Source of the DNA: Actinomycetota bacterium
GTDB lineage: Bacteria; Actinomycetota; Acidimicrobiia; IMCC26256; PALSA-610
Direction of reading: 5' to 3'
Assembly (NCBI GenBank): GCA_005772765.1
Contig: SXIR01000099.1
Location: 3,214 to 67,213 of the forward strand
Length of the DNA: 64,000 nt
Shown: positions 1 to 8,463 of the stretch, piece by piece
Layout: each line of letters begins with the position of its first letter
How positions within the stretch are numbered: position 1 is the stretch's first letter
Notes under the pieces: model-generated
Databases searched by the model: none
What the model was told of the DNA's origin: nothing
Seen by the model: only the letters and a program-made list of their open reading frames with translations
Program-made: the position numbers and the translations under genes

Positions 1-11
1 CCACGTACCGG

Positions 12-533
12 GTGGGCTGTCCCGTCCATCTCCGCGACCTCCGCCTCCTCACCGTGCAATTCTGGGGCTTCGACGGACGGGTCCGCTCGGGCCAGATCAT
101 CGTGCACCGACACGTCGCCAAGGACATCGTCGGCGTGTTCCGCAAGCTCCACGAAGCACGATTTCCAATGCGACGGATCGTGCTCGAAGACCACTACGCC
201 GGTGTTCGCAACGCCTCGACGCTCGCCAACAACACCAGCGGCTTCGAGTGCCGACCCGTCACCGGAGGTACCCGCTGGTCTCGGCACTCCTACGGACTCG
301 CCATCGACATCAATCCGCTCCAGAACCCGTACGTCTACGAAGACGGACGCATCACCGATCCCCGCGCCGCGCAATACCTCGACCGCACGCAATCAAAACC
401 CGGCATGATCCTCGACGGCGACGTCGTCGTCGAGGCCTTCGCCGCGATCGGCTGGCGATGGGGCGGCGACTTCGTCCAAACCCCTGACTACCAGCACTTC
501 GATCTCGACCCCGCTCGGCTCCCGCGACCCTGA
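12..533 (+). CDS. M15 family zinc peptidase (VanY / D-Ala-D-Ala carboxypeptidase-like), probably 5'-truncated by the window edge
   Basis: ORF 12..533. SRHSYGLAIDIN and DYQHF motifs are typical of M15B/VanY metal-binding sites. The frame stays open to position 1. Confidence 0.8.
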   Translation: MGCPVHLRDLRLLTVQFWGFDGRVRSGQIIVHRHVAKDIVGVFRKLHEARFPMRRIVLEDHYAGVRNASTLANNTSGFECRPVTGGTRWSRHSYGLAIDINPLQNPYVYEDGRITDPRAAQYLDRTQSKPGMILDGDVVVEAFAAIGWRWGGDFVQTPDYQHFDLDPARLPRP

Positions 534-704
534 GGCTCCGCCTTCCCCGCGCTCCGCTCGCGCCCGACGGACAGGACCTCGACCCCGCTCGGCTCCCGCG
601 ACCCTGAGGCTCCGCCTTCCCCGCGCTCGCCTCGCGCCCAACGGGCAGGACCTCGACCCCGCTCGGCTCCCGCGACCCTGAGGCTCCGCCTTCCCGCGCT
701 CGCC
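504..704. repeat. 74-bp tandem repeat, about 2.7 copies (copies start at 504, 578, 652)
   Basis: Direct reading. CTCGACCCCGCTCGGCTCCCGCGACCCTGAGGCTCCGCCTTCC(C)CGCGCTC recurs three times. Copy 1 is the last 10 codons plus TGA of the peptidase gene. Confidence 0.9.
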
Positions 705-706
705 GG

Positions 707-1354
707 TCAGCTCATGAAGGCGGTCGGGACGCTGATGCCGAGCGATTCGTGGCGCAAGGTCGCGATTCGGCGACCGGGTTGCACCGCGTCGCGGGCCGAG
801 CCGCACGCGTCACCCAACGTCGCGACACAGCGGTCGAGGTCCTCCACCGTGAACGCGAGCCCCCAGAACGCGGCGGGCCGGTCGCGCCGTTCGGGCCGAT
901 CCGGCGGGGTCGGTGGACCGACGACCTCGACGATCACCTCACCCGCCCGCAAGAACACCTGCCGCATCGGCATCGATTCGCTGCCCCCGACGCGCTCGCG
1001 GCGCGGCTCGCACCCCACCTCGACGAACGCGCCGATCGTGCGGTCGATGTCGGGCGTCGCCACGACGACATGGTCGAGCACTGTCGTCGAGTTCGGATGA
1101 TCGGGCGCGCGATCGATCAGAACCGTCGACGGATCGCAGACCAACTCGCCCGGGAGACCATCGATCGTGCCTCCGGCAACACCGTCGATGCGCCACGAAC
1201 GAATCCCTCGGACACCGTCCGCACCAACGAACCGGAACCGCACCGTCGAAACCTGTGCGCATCCGTTCGCGTCGACCGCAAACCCCGCCTGGCGCCATGC
1301 CTCGGGTTCGTCGCCGACCACCAACTCGACGATGCGCAACCGGGCGCCGCTCAT
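707..1354 (-). CDS. VOC / glyoxalase-family protein
   Basis: Internal ATG (residue 114 of ORF 707..1693) overlaps the upstream stop as ATGA. Sequence pattern VLDHVVVATPDIDRTIGAF...FWGLAFTVEDLD is typical of the glyoxalase/VOC fold. Confidence 0.75.
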   Translation of the reverse strand: MSGARLRIVELVVGDEPEAWRQAGFAVDANGCAQVSTVRFRFVGADGVRGIRSWRIDGVAGGTIDGLPGELVCDPSTVLIDRAPDHPNSTTVLDHVVVATPDIDRTIGAFVEVGCEPRRERVGGSESMPMRQVFLRAGEVIVEVVGPPTPPDRPERRDRPAAFWGLAFTVEDLDRCVATLGDACGSARDAVQPGRRIATLRHESLGISVPTAFMS

Positions 1355-2187
1355 GCGATCAACTGGGCATACTCGTCGAGTTGCGCAAGCACGACGTCGC
1401 GGCCGCCACCGTGGACACGCAACACGATCTCGTCGATCCCGATCGACTCGTAGTAATCGAGCTTTCCTGGGTCGGGCAGCGTCCCGAACGGCACGATCCG
1501 CATTTGCTCGAAGTCGCGGCCGACCTCGTCGCACGCGCGTTGGAGATCCGGCAACGCCTTGCGCACTCCCGCTCCACCGATCGGGAACCAGCCGTCGCAG
1601 TACTCGGCGATGTGCGCGAACATCTTCGGACCAGCCGCTCCGCCGAGCAGCACGGGCGGTCCGCCTGCGCGCGCCGGTTTCGGCCACGACCAACTCGGCG
1701 CAAGTTCGACGAACTCGCCGTGAAACTCAGCCACGTCATCGCGCCACAGTCGCTGCATCGCCAACACCCGCTCTCGCACAACTGCTCGACGCTGCGGCAT
1801 CGTGACGTGATGATGCGCGAGTTCGTCTTCGTTCCACCCGAAGCCGATGCCACAGACGAATCGACCGTCGCTGACCGCGTCGAGCGTTGCAATCGCCTTC
1901 GCGGTCACGATCGGGTCGCGTTGGGCCGGCAACAAGATGCCCGTCCCGAGTTCGATGCGTTCGGTCACCGCGGCCATGGTCGCGAGCGCAACCAGCGGGT
2001 CGAGCGTGCGCTTGTACTCTTCGGCGAGTTCGGCATCGCCCGTCGGCGGCGGCGTGCGTCGGCTGACCGGAATGTGGGTGTGTTCGGGCAGGTAGATCGA
2101 CGCCAGGCCGCGGGACTCGACGGCACGGGCGAACTCGACCGGACCCAGCGTCTGGTCGGTGGTGAACATCGTGACGCCGTAGCGCAC
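1351..2187 (-). CDS. LLM-class (luciferase-like) F420-dependent oxidoreductase
   Basis: GTG at 2187 is preceded by AAGGGAG. Typical LLM sequence (YLPEHTHIP..., GIGFGWNEDE..., DGWFPIG). Confidence 0.85.
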   Translation of the reverse strand: MRYGVTMFTTDQTLGPVEFARAVESRGLASIYLPEHTHIPVSRRTPPPTGDAELAEEYKRTLDPLVALATMAAVTERIELGTGILLPAQRDPIVTAKAIATLDAVSDGRFVCGIGFGWNEDELAHHHVTMPQRRAVVRERVLAMQRLWRDDVAEFHGEFVELAPSWSWPKPARAGGPPVLLGGAAGPKMFAHIAEYCDGWFPIGGAGVRKALPDLQRACDEVGRDFEQMRIVPFGTLPDPGKLDYYESIGIDEIVLRVHGGGRDVVLAQLDEYAQLIA

Positions 2188-2230
2188 GGTGGACTCCCTT
2201 CGGGCGATCGGCGACGAGATCGGTACCGTA

Positions 2231-2247
2231 TCTGACGCTTCGTCAGA
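2231..2247. promoter_or_regulatory. Inverted repeat TCTGACG-CTT-CGTCAGA in a divergent promoter region (candidate operator)
   Basis: Perfect 7-bp arms. Lies between the LLM start (2187, minus) and the SDR start (2281, plus). A near-identical copy is at 55919-55935. Confidence 0.45.
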
Positions 2248-2280
2248 AACGTTCGGTGGACTCCACGGGGGCACGCACGC

Positions 2281-3186
2281 ATGGGTATTTGCGACGGTCG
2301 CGTCGTCATCGTCACGGGCGCTGGTCGAGGAATCGGCCGCGAACACGCGCTCGAGTTCGCCCGCCAGGGCGCCAAGGTCGTCGTGAACGATCTCGGGGTT
2401 TCGCTGGCCGGCGAGGACACCGGCGAGTCACCGGGCGATCAGGTCGTTGCCGAGATCGCCGCGCTCGGTGGCGAAGCCGTGGCCCACGGCGCCGACGTCG
2501 CCGACTTCGCGCAAGCGGGCGAACTCGTCCAGTGCGCGCTCGACACGTTCGGCGGGCTCGACGCGGTCGTAAACAACGCCGGTTTCGTACGCGACCGCAT
2601 GTTCTTCACGACGTCGGAGGACGAATGGGACGCCGTGATCCGCGTCCACCTCAAGGGGCATTTCGCCACGACCCGTCAGGCGTGCGACTACTGGCGAGCG
2701 CAGAGCAAAGCCGGTGTCACCGTCGACGCGCGCATCATCAACACGAGCAGCGGTGCGGGCCTGATGGGTAGCGTCGGCCAGAGCGCGTACTCGGCGGCCA
2801 AGGCGGGCATTGCCGCGTTGACGCTCGTGCAAGCCGCCGAACTCGGGCGCTACGGCGTCACGGCCAACGCGATCGCGCCGAGCGCCCGAACCCGCATGAC
2901 CGAAACGGTGTTCGCCGACCGCATGACCGCGCCTGAGATGGGGTTCGACCCGAACCATCCCGAGAACATCGCTCCGCTCGTCGTGTGGCTCGCCAGCGCA
3001 CGCAGCGCGCACGTGACCGGGCGGGTGTTCGAGATCGAGGGCGGCATGGTGTCGGTTGCCGATGGCTGGCAGCACGGCACCGTGCATGACGAAGGGCGGC
3101 GCCTCGACCCGGCCACGATCGGGCCGATCATCGACCGGTTGCTCGCGACCGCACCTGCGCCTGCGCCGGTCTACGGCGCGTCGTAG
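2281..3186 (+). CDS. SDR family oxidoreductase (about 300 aa, 17beta-HSD4/Hsd4A N-domain-like)
   Basis: TGAGRGIG Rossmann motif, NNAG, YSAAK catalytic motif. Confidence 0.9.
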   Translation: MGICDGRVVIVTGAGRGIGREHALEFARQGAKVVVNDLGVSLAGEDTGESPGDQVVAEIAALGGEAVAHGADVADFAQAGELVQCALDTFGGLDAVVNNAGFVRDRMFFTTSEDEWDAVIRVHLKGHFATTRQACDYWRAQSKAGVTVDARIINTSSGAGLMGSVGQSAYSAAKAGIAALTLVQAAELGRYGVTANAIAPSARTRMTETVFADRMTAPEMGFDPNHPENIAPLVVWLASARSAHVTGRVFEIEGGMVSVADGWQHGTVHDEGRRLDPATIGPIIDRLLATAPAPAPVYGAS

Positions 3187-3262
3187 CCCAGCCGAATCGC
3201 GATCGGCGCTTGGGAACTTCCGACCAGCGAGCGGCGTCTGCATCGACGACACTGGAGTCTTG

Positions 3263-5428
3263 ATGCGTCGTCGCGGCGAAACACCCGAAGAACCACTCGT
3301 CCCAGTTGAGTTGTTCGACGACCCCGAAGCGCCTGCGATCGTGATCCGGGACTCGGCGATGAGCGGCCCGGCGAAGCGCGACCCAGCGACACGCAGTGGC
3401 GGATCGTCGCGTCGCAGTCCGCGGTGGGTGCCGGTTGCGATCCTTGCATTGATCGGCGTGATCGCAGTCTCTGTCACGCACGATCCCGAGTCCGACACGG
3501 CGACCTCCGAGTCATCGACGACCCGAGCGCGCCCGACCACCACCGTCTTCGACGACGTGCGCTTGCCGCAACTGGGTACTGCGTTCGGTGCCGACCTCGA
3601 CGTCGGCGGGATCGCCTGGGTCGGCGGTCGGCGCGGCCTGCGCCGCGTCGACCTCGGCACCGGCGCGGTCGAGGCGTTCGACGGCGCGTCCGACGACCTC
3701 GATGTCATCGCGGTTTCCGGCGCCCAGGTCGTCGCGCGGCGCGAAGAAGGTCTCATCGTCGGCCCTGACGCCGAGGGAGCTTTCGCCGAACTCGACCCCA
3801 CCGATGTCGTGACCGATCCGGATGGCGAACTCTGGTTCCGGGAAGGCAGCCGAGCCCGGTCGCAATCGGGCGAGGTCGTGACGGACCTCGACGAACTCTA
3901 CGGAGCGACGAGCACGCATCTCATCGCTCGGCGCAACGGCCGGTTGGAGGCGATTCCCACCGGCTCCGAGGCGGCGTCGGTCACGATCGACGACGGCGAC
4001 GCGACACCCATCGCAATCGGGTTCGGTCGGGTCGCGTGGCTATCCCCCGAAGCCTGCACGGCGACTTGCGGCGTCGTCGTGCACGACCTGCGCACCGGGC
4101 AGGTGGTCGACTGGATCCGTCTCGCACTTCCTGGCGTGTACCGGCCGGGATCGGTCACCGGCGCGTTCGGCCCCGCCGACGACCAACTCGCGATCGCGTC
4201 GACCGGATCGCGCGCCGTCAGCACCGTCGACTTGCTGGCCGGAACCGTCACGCGTCACCCCATCGCCGGCGCGCAACCCCGGTTTGCGTTTGACGGCCAG
4301 TCGGGCAACCTCGCATGGAGTTACGAGGGCGCGGCATTGGTCGAGGTGAACGCGAATCGCGTGCAACTCCACCCGATCACCGCGACCCCGGCCGCGAGCG
4401 GGGACGACGAACCCGAACTGACAATGACGATGACCAGCGCGACCTCGATAGCGGGCACGGTCGCAAACGTCGATAGACCGCGACCGATGGCGAAAGCTCG
4501 GCGCATCGATCGGGCACTCGCGGCCGCGGCCGGAACTGAGGTTGCGGGCCTCGATCGCACCGCGAACACGCTGCATGTCGTCGATCTCGCGACCGGCAGC
4601 GTTCGCTCGGCTCCGCTGGAGCCGCCGAGCGACGCACGACTCGACCGCGCCCTGTGGGTCGGGCCCCCGGTCCAGGTCGGACGGGACTGGTTCGTCGTCG
4701 CCCTCGGGTACGCGTTCCGCGTGACTCCTGAAGGCAAGACCACGCGCATCGCTCCGGCGACGGGCGTGGCACGAGCGGGTGACGACGCCCTGTGGTTGTT
4801 CGATTTCATCGAGAGCCCCGGCGGGGTTGCCGTTCGACGTTGGACGCCGACTGGGATCTCGGAGGCGACGACGGTGTTCGGCGCGTCGACGCAGGCGACC
4901 GACCGAGGCATGCTCGTCCGACTCCAAGACGACGCGACGGCGCCGCCGTATTGGATCGTCTACGACGTTGTCACCGCTGATCGCGTCGAGTTGCCTTCAG
5001 TGCCCGCGCGCAGCGACGTCCAGGCGGCCGGATCGACGTTGGTGTTCGTCGACTACTCCTGTGCCGCACCCGACCGCGACTGTGAGGGGCTCCTGGTCGT
5101 CGATGCCGAATCGGGCGAGACCCGCTTCAGCCGACGCACCGGCGGCGTGGCGCGGCTTTCTCCGTCGGGCGAATGGTTGGTGTTCGGCGACAACGGGACG
5201 GTCACCACCGTCTCGCTCGACACCGGTGTCGAAGCCGACTCGTATCGGGTCGTCGACGGCGACTTCGTCATCAGCGACACCGGGATCGTCGTCGTCAACC
5301 CGTGGGAAGAAATCACGGGTTCGTCACGACCGTCACGACTCAGCGTGCTCGTCCCCGGGTTCGAAGGCACGGCGTACCTCGACCTCGGCGTCGGACTTCA
5401 GTCGATCGCGATCGGTCGAGCCGCTTGA
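3263..5428 (+). CDS. Hypothetical membrane-anchored protein with a large extracytoplasmic, beta-propeller-like domain
   Basis: ATG at 3263 in the frame of ORF 3056..5428 (the upstream part overlaps the SDR). Single N-terminal TM segment WVPVAILALIGVIAVSV. No recognisable catalytic motif. Confidence 0.6.
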   Translation: MRRRGETPEEPLVPVELFDDPEAPAIVIRDSAMSGPAKRDPATRSGGSSRRSPRWVPVAILALIGVIAVSVTHDPESDTATSESSTTRARPTTTVFDDVRLPQLGTAFGADLDVGGIAWVGGRRGLRRVDLGTGAVEAFDGASDDLDVIAVSGAQVVARREEGLIVGPDAEGAFAELDPTDVVTDPDGELWFREGSRARSQSGEVVTDLDELYGATSTHLIARRNGRLEAIPTGSEAASVTIDDGDATPIAIGFGRVAWLSPEACTATCGVVVHDLRTGQVVDWIRLALPGVYRPGSVTGAFGPADDQLAIASTGSRAVSTVDLLAGTVTRHPIAGAQPRFAFDGQSGNLAWSYEGAALVEVNANRVQLHPITATPAASGDDEPELTMTMTSATSIAGTVANVDRPRPMAKARRIDRALAAAAGTEVAGLDRTANTLHVVDLATGSVRSAPLEPPSDARLDRALWVGPPVQVGRDWFVVALGYAFRVTPEGKTTRIAPATGVARAGDDALWLFDFIESPGGVAVRRWTPTGISEATTVFGASTQATDRGMLVRLQDDATAPPYWIVYDVVTADRVELPSVPARSDVQAAGSTLVFVDYSCAAPDRDCEGLLVVDAESGETRFSRRTGGVARLSPSGEWLVFGDNGTVTTVSLDTGVEADSYRVVDGDFVISDTGIVVVNPWEEITGSSRPSRLSVLVPGFEGTAYLDLGVGLQSIAIGRAA

Positions 5429-5434
5429 CCGCGT

Positions 5435-6571
5435 TCAGAGGCAGCGGTACACGGCACGCGCAAGTGCTTCGGCGCGACCGTCAGCCGGATCGAAACGCAT
5501 CTTGTTCATCGCGTAGGCGAAGCTGATACCCGCGTCGGGGTCGGCAAAACCCGCCGATCCGCCAGCGCCGCCGTGACCGAACGAACGAAGTCCCGCCGGA
5601 CTCGGCAAGGACGGTGGCAACATGAACCCGACACCGAACGCCGTGTCGACCAGGATGACCGCATCGGGGCCGCGCGTCCGCACCGCGGTCGCGCCGGCCA
5701 CCGTGGCATCATCGAGCAAACGCACACCATCGACCCCGTCGCCGACGCAATGCGCATACAACCGTGCAACGGCGCGCGCGTTCCCCACGCCGTTGCTACT
5801 CGGTAGTTCGACGGACCGCAGCTCGCGGGTGTTCCACATCTCGTCGTAGTTGAAGTGGCCCGACGGTCCGGAGATGACTTGGGTGAGCAGCCAGTCCTCG
5901 GGGAGCGTTGCGATCCCTTCGTGATACGACGGCGACGGTGTCACCAGCGGGGCGATGCGCTCCTCGTGCCGTTCGTCGAGCCCGATGTGAAAGTCGATGC
6001 CGAGCGGTTCAGCGATCTCGGTGCGCACGAACGTGCCAACGGTCGTCCCGGCAACCCGCCGGATCAACTCACCGGCGATCCAGCCATAGCTGCGCATGTG
6101 ATAGCCGTGCTGCGTACCCGGCTCCCAGATCGGCCGCTGGGCGGCGATCGCCTCGACCACCGGATCCCAAGCCAGCACCTCGGCCCGGCTGAGCGGCCGA
6201 TCGATGCGGGCCAACCCGGCTTGGTGCGACAACGCAGTGCCGACGGTGATGGCGGCCTTGCCCTCGGCCGCGAACTCCGGCCAGTACTGCGCGACCGGCG
6301 CATCGGCATCGAGCAGCCCGCGTTGGATCGCGAGATTGATCGCGACCGCCGTCACGCCTTTGGTCATCGAGAACACGGTGACGAGCGTGTCGGCCGACCA
6401 TGGCCGGTTCGTCGTCACGTCGGCGGTCCCGCCCCACAAATCGACGACTGGTTCGCCGTGTCGGTACACACAGACCGACGCGCCGACGTCGTGTCGTTCG
6501 GCGAAGTTTTTCTCGAACGCTGCACGTACCGGTTCGAAGCCGGGTTGGACCTGTCCTTCGATCGCGACCAT
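5435..6571 (-). CDS. Serine hydrolase, beta-lactamase/esterase (class C / EstB-like) family
   Basis: Internal ATG (residue 41 of ORF 5435..6691). SxxK motif FSMTKG. Confidence 0.85.
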   Translation of the reverse strand: MVAIEGQVQPGFEPVRAAFEKNFAERHDVGASVCVYRHGEPVVDLWGGTADVTTNRPWSADTLVTVFSMTKGVTAVAINLAIQRGLLDADAPVAQYWPEFAAEGKAAITVGTALSHQAGLARIDRPLSRAEVLAWDPVVEAIAAQRPIWEPGTQHGYHMRSYGWIAGELIRRVAGTTVGTFVRTEIAEPLGIDFHIGLDERHEERIAPLVTPSPSYHEGIATLPEDWLLTQVISGPSGHFNYDEMWNTRELRSVELPSSNGVGNARAVARLYAHCVGDGVDGVRLLDDATVAGATAVRTRGPDAVILVDTAFGVGFMLPPSLPSPAGLRSFGHGGAGGSAGFADPDAGISFAYAMNKMRFDPADGRAEALARAVYRCL

Positions 6572-6582
6572 CGAACGCGACG

Positions 6583-7455
6583 CTACCGATGGTCGCGTTG
6601 CACGCGCTCGGGCACGCCCTTGAGGTCCCGCACGACCCCGACCCACGACAGCGCCTTCAAGATGTAGAAGGTCGTGTCGATCTGCCACCAACGAAAACCC
6701 TGTCGGGCGCTGGCCTGGAAATGGTGGTGGTTGTTATGCCAACCCTCGCCGCCGGTGAGGATCGCAACGAACCAGTTGTTCCGGCTGGTGTCGGTCGTTT
6801 CGTAACGTCGACGTCCGACGAGGTGCGCGACCGAGTTGACCATGAACGTGCAATGCCACAACAACACCGTCGACGCGAAGAAACCCCACACCAGACCGCT
6901 CCAACCCCCGAGGAGGAAGCTGGCAACGCCGAGCGACCACGGGCCGACCCAGTCGTGCCGGTTGAGCCAACGAAGCTCGGGGAACTTGGCGAAATCCTTG
7001 ATGCCATCAAGGTCGGTCGGACCGAACTCGGTCGAGATGACCCAACCGACGTGGCTCCAGAACACCCCATGTTTCGGCGAGTGCACGTCGCCGTCGGTGT
7101 CGCTCTCACGGTGGTGGCGGCGATGGTGCGACGCCCACCACAGGGGACCTTTCTGCGTGGCTGTCACCCCACCGAATGCCAGCAAGAACTGGAACACTCG
7201 ACCGGTCTTGAACGCGCGGTGCGCAAAGTAACGGTGGTACCCAGCGGTGATGCAGAACATTCTCGCGAAATACGACACGCCGAAGATCACCCAAGCGGTC
7301 GTGCTGATCCCGGTCACGAACGCCAGCAGCGGCACGAAGTGCAGGGCCAGAAACGGGATCGACGATCGCCAGGCGATCGGATACGGCGGTCCCGATCGTT
7401 GCTGCGCGGTGCGGGGATCGTCGTCGGTCGCGAGGGATGCGGCGGTCGCAGTCAC
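6583..7455 (-). CDS. Membrane acyl-CoA (stearoyl-CoA delta-9 type) fatty acid desaturase
   Basis: C-terminal 290 codons of the 952-aa ORF 6583..9441. Three His boxes: HRYFAH, HHRRHH, HNNHHH. GTG start at 7455. Confidence 0.85.
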   Translation of the reverse strand: MTATAASLATDDDPRTAQQRSGPPYPIAWRSSIPFLALHFVPLLAFVTGISTTAWVIFGVSYFARMFCITAGYHRYFAHRAFKTGRVFQFLLAFGGVTATQKGPLWWASHHRRHHRESDTDGDVHSPKHGVFWSHVGWVISTEFGPTDLDGIKDFAKFPELRWLNRHDWVGPWSLGVASFLLGGWSGLVWGFFASTVLLWHCTFMVNSVAHLVGRRRYETTDTSRNNWFVAILTGGEGWHNNHHHFQASARQGFRWWQIDTTFYILKALSWVGVVRDLKGVPERVQRDHR

Positions 7456-7464
7456 AGGTTCCAG

Positions 7465-7480
7465 CCTACCGATCGGTAGG
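7465..7480. promoter_or_regulatory. Perfect 16-bp palindrome CCTACCGATCGGTAGG, 10 nt upstream of the desaturase start
   Basis: Direct reading. The sequence is self-complementary over all 16 positions. Confidence 0.5.
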
Positions 7481-7529
7481 CGCCGAACCGGACCAGGCAG
7501 CGTTTGGCCGGTGGCCGAAGGGTCACGCC

Positions 7530-8339
7530 CTACGCCGGCATCGCCAAACCACCGTCGATGACCAGGGTCTGACCGGTGCAGAACCGTGCCTCGTCGCTGG
7601 CAAAGAACACACATGCCCCGGCGAGGTCTTCGGGTTCGAGCGTCGATTTCATTGCCGTCCCGGCGGTCATCTCGGCAATGAAGAAGTCGGGAACGATCTT
7701 CTTCGTCGCTTCCGTCATCGTGATCCCCGGGGCGATGCAGTTGACCGTGATCCCCCACCGTCCGAGTTGGGCCGCCATGAACTTCGTCAGCCCAACGACG
7801 CCCCACTTGGTGATCGAGTAGCTGAAGTTGCCGAGGCCGGTGAACTCGTCGCCGAACGCCGGAAACGAATACGCGTAGGCCGCGCCGCTGCTCTGGTTGA
7901 TGATGCGGCCATGGTGTTGGGCAGCCATCGGGTGCGCGGCCGCCTTGGCCATCAGCCAGGCACCGTGCTGGTTGACTGCGGTCACCTTCTGCAAGTACTC
8001 GTAGCTCGGATCGAAGTTGTCGATGTCGTAATACAGCGCCGCGTTGTTCACGAGGATGTGCACGGCCCCGAAGCGTTCGATGCAGGTGTCGACACACGCT
8101 TGGGCGGAAGCCTCGTCGCTGATGTCGGTACGAACGAACATCGCATCGGCATCGGGGCCATGACGTTGTGCGATCGCGGCCATCGCGGCCGCACCCCGAT
8201 CTTGGTTCACGTCCGCGACGACCACCTTCGCACCTTCGGCGAGGAAGCGCTGCGCGTACGCCAACCCGATACCCTGCCCAGCACCGGTGATGATCGCGAC
8301 CTTGTCCTCGAGGCGCCCACCGAACGCGTTGTCGACCAT
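7530..8339 (-). CDS. SDR family oxidoreductase
   Basis: ATG at 8339 preceded by GGGAGGA. TGAGQGIG, NNAA, YSITK motifs. Confidence 0.85.
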   Translation of the reverse strand: MVDNAFGGRLEDKVAIITGAGQGIGLAYAQRFLAEGAKVVVADVNQDRGAAAMAAIAQRHGPDADAMFVRTDISDEASAQACVDTCIERFGAVHILVNNAALYYDIDNFDPSYEYLQKVTAVNQHGAWLMAKAAAHPMAAQHHGRIINQSSGAAYAYSFPAFGDEFTGLGNFSYSITKWGVVGLTKFMAAQLGRWGITVNCIAPGITMTEATKKIVPDFFIAEMTAGTAMKSTLEPEDLAGACVFFASDEARFCTGQTLVIDGGLAMPA

Positions 8340-8418
8340 GATCCTCCCGTCGTCGTACCGCGCGTTCCGAGCCGTGGCAAGACCCGTGGCTTGACGGCCC
8401 ATCTCGCGGTCTGGTTAC

Positions 8419-8436
8419 CCTGACACCAACGTCAGG
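8419..8436. promoter_or_regulatory. Inverted repeat CCTGAC-ACCAAC-GTCAGG, 27 nt upstream of the SDR ATG (candidate operator or 5' hairpin)
   Basis: Direct reading. Same arms and spacing as 17838-17855. Confidence 0.4.
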
Positions 8437-8463
8437 TTCGGTGCAACCGGAGCGGAGGTAGCA

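Noticed and set aside
2428-3801. A 457-aa minus-strand ORF overlapping the SDR and the following gene
   Set aside because: Its composition is Arg/Ser/Pro-rich with no motifs. It lies antisense to an SDR that has a complete Rossmann motif and catalytic motifs.
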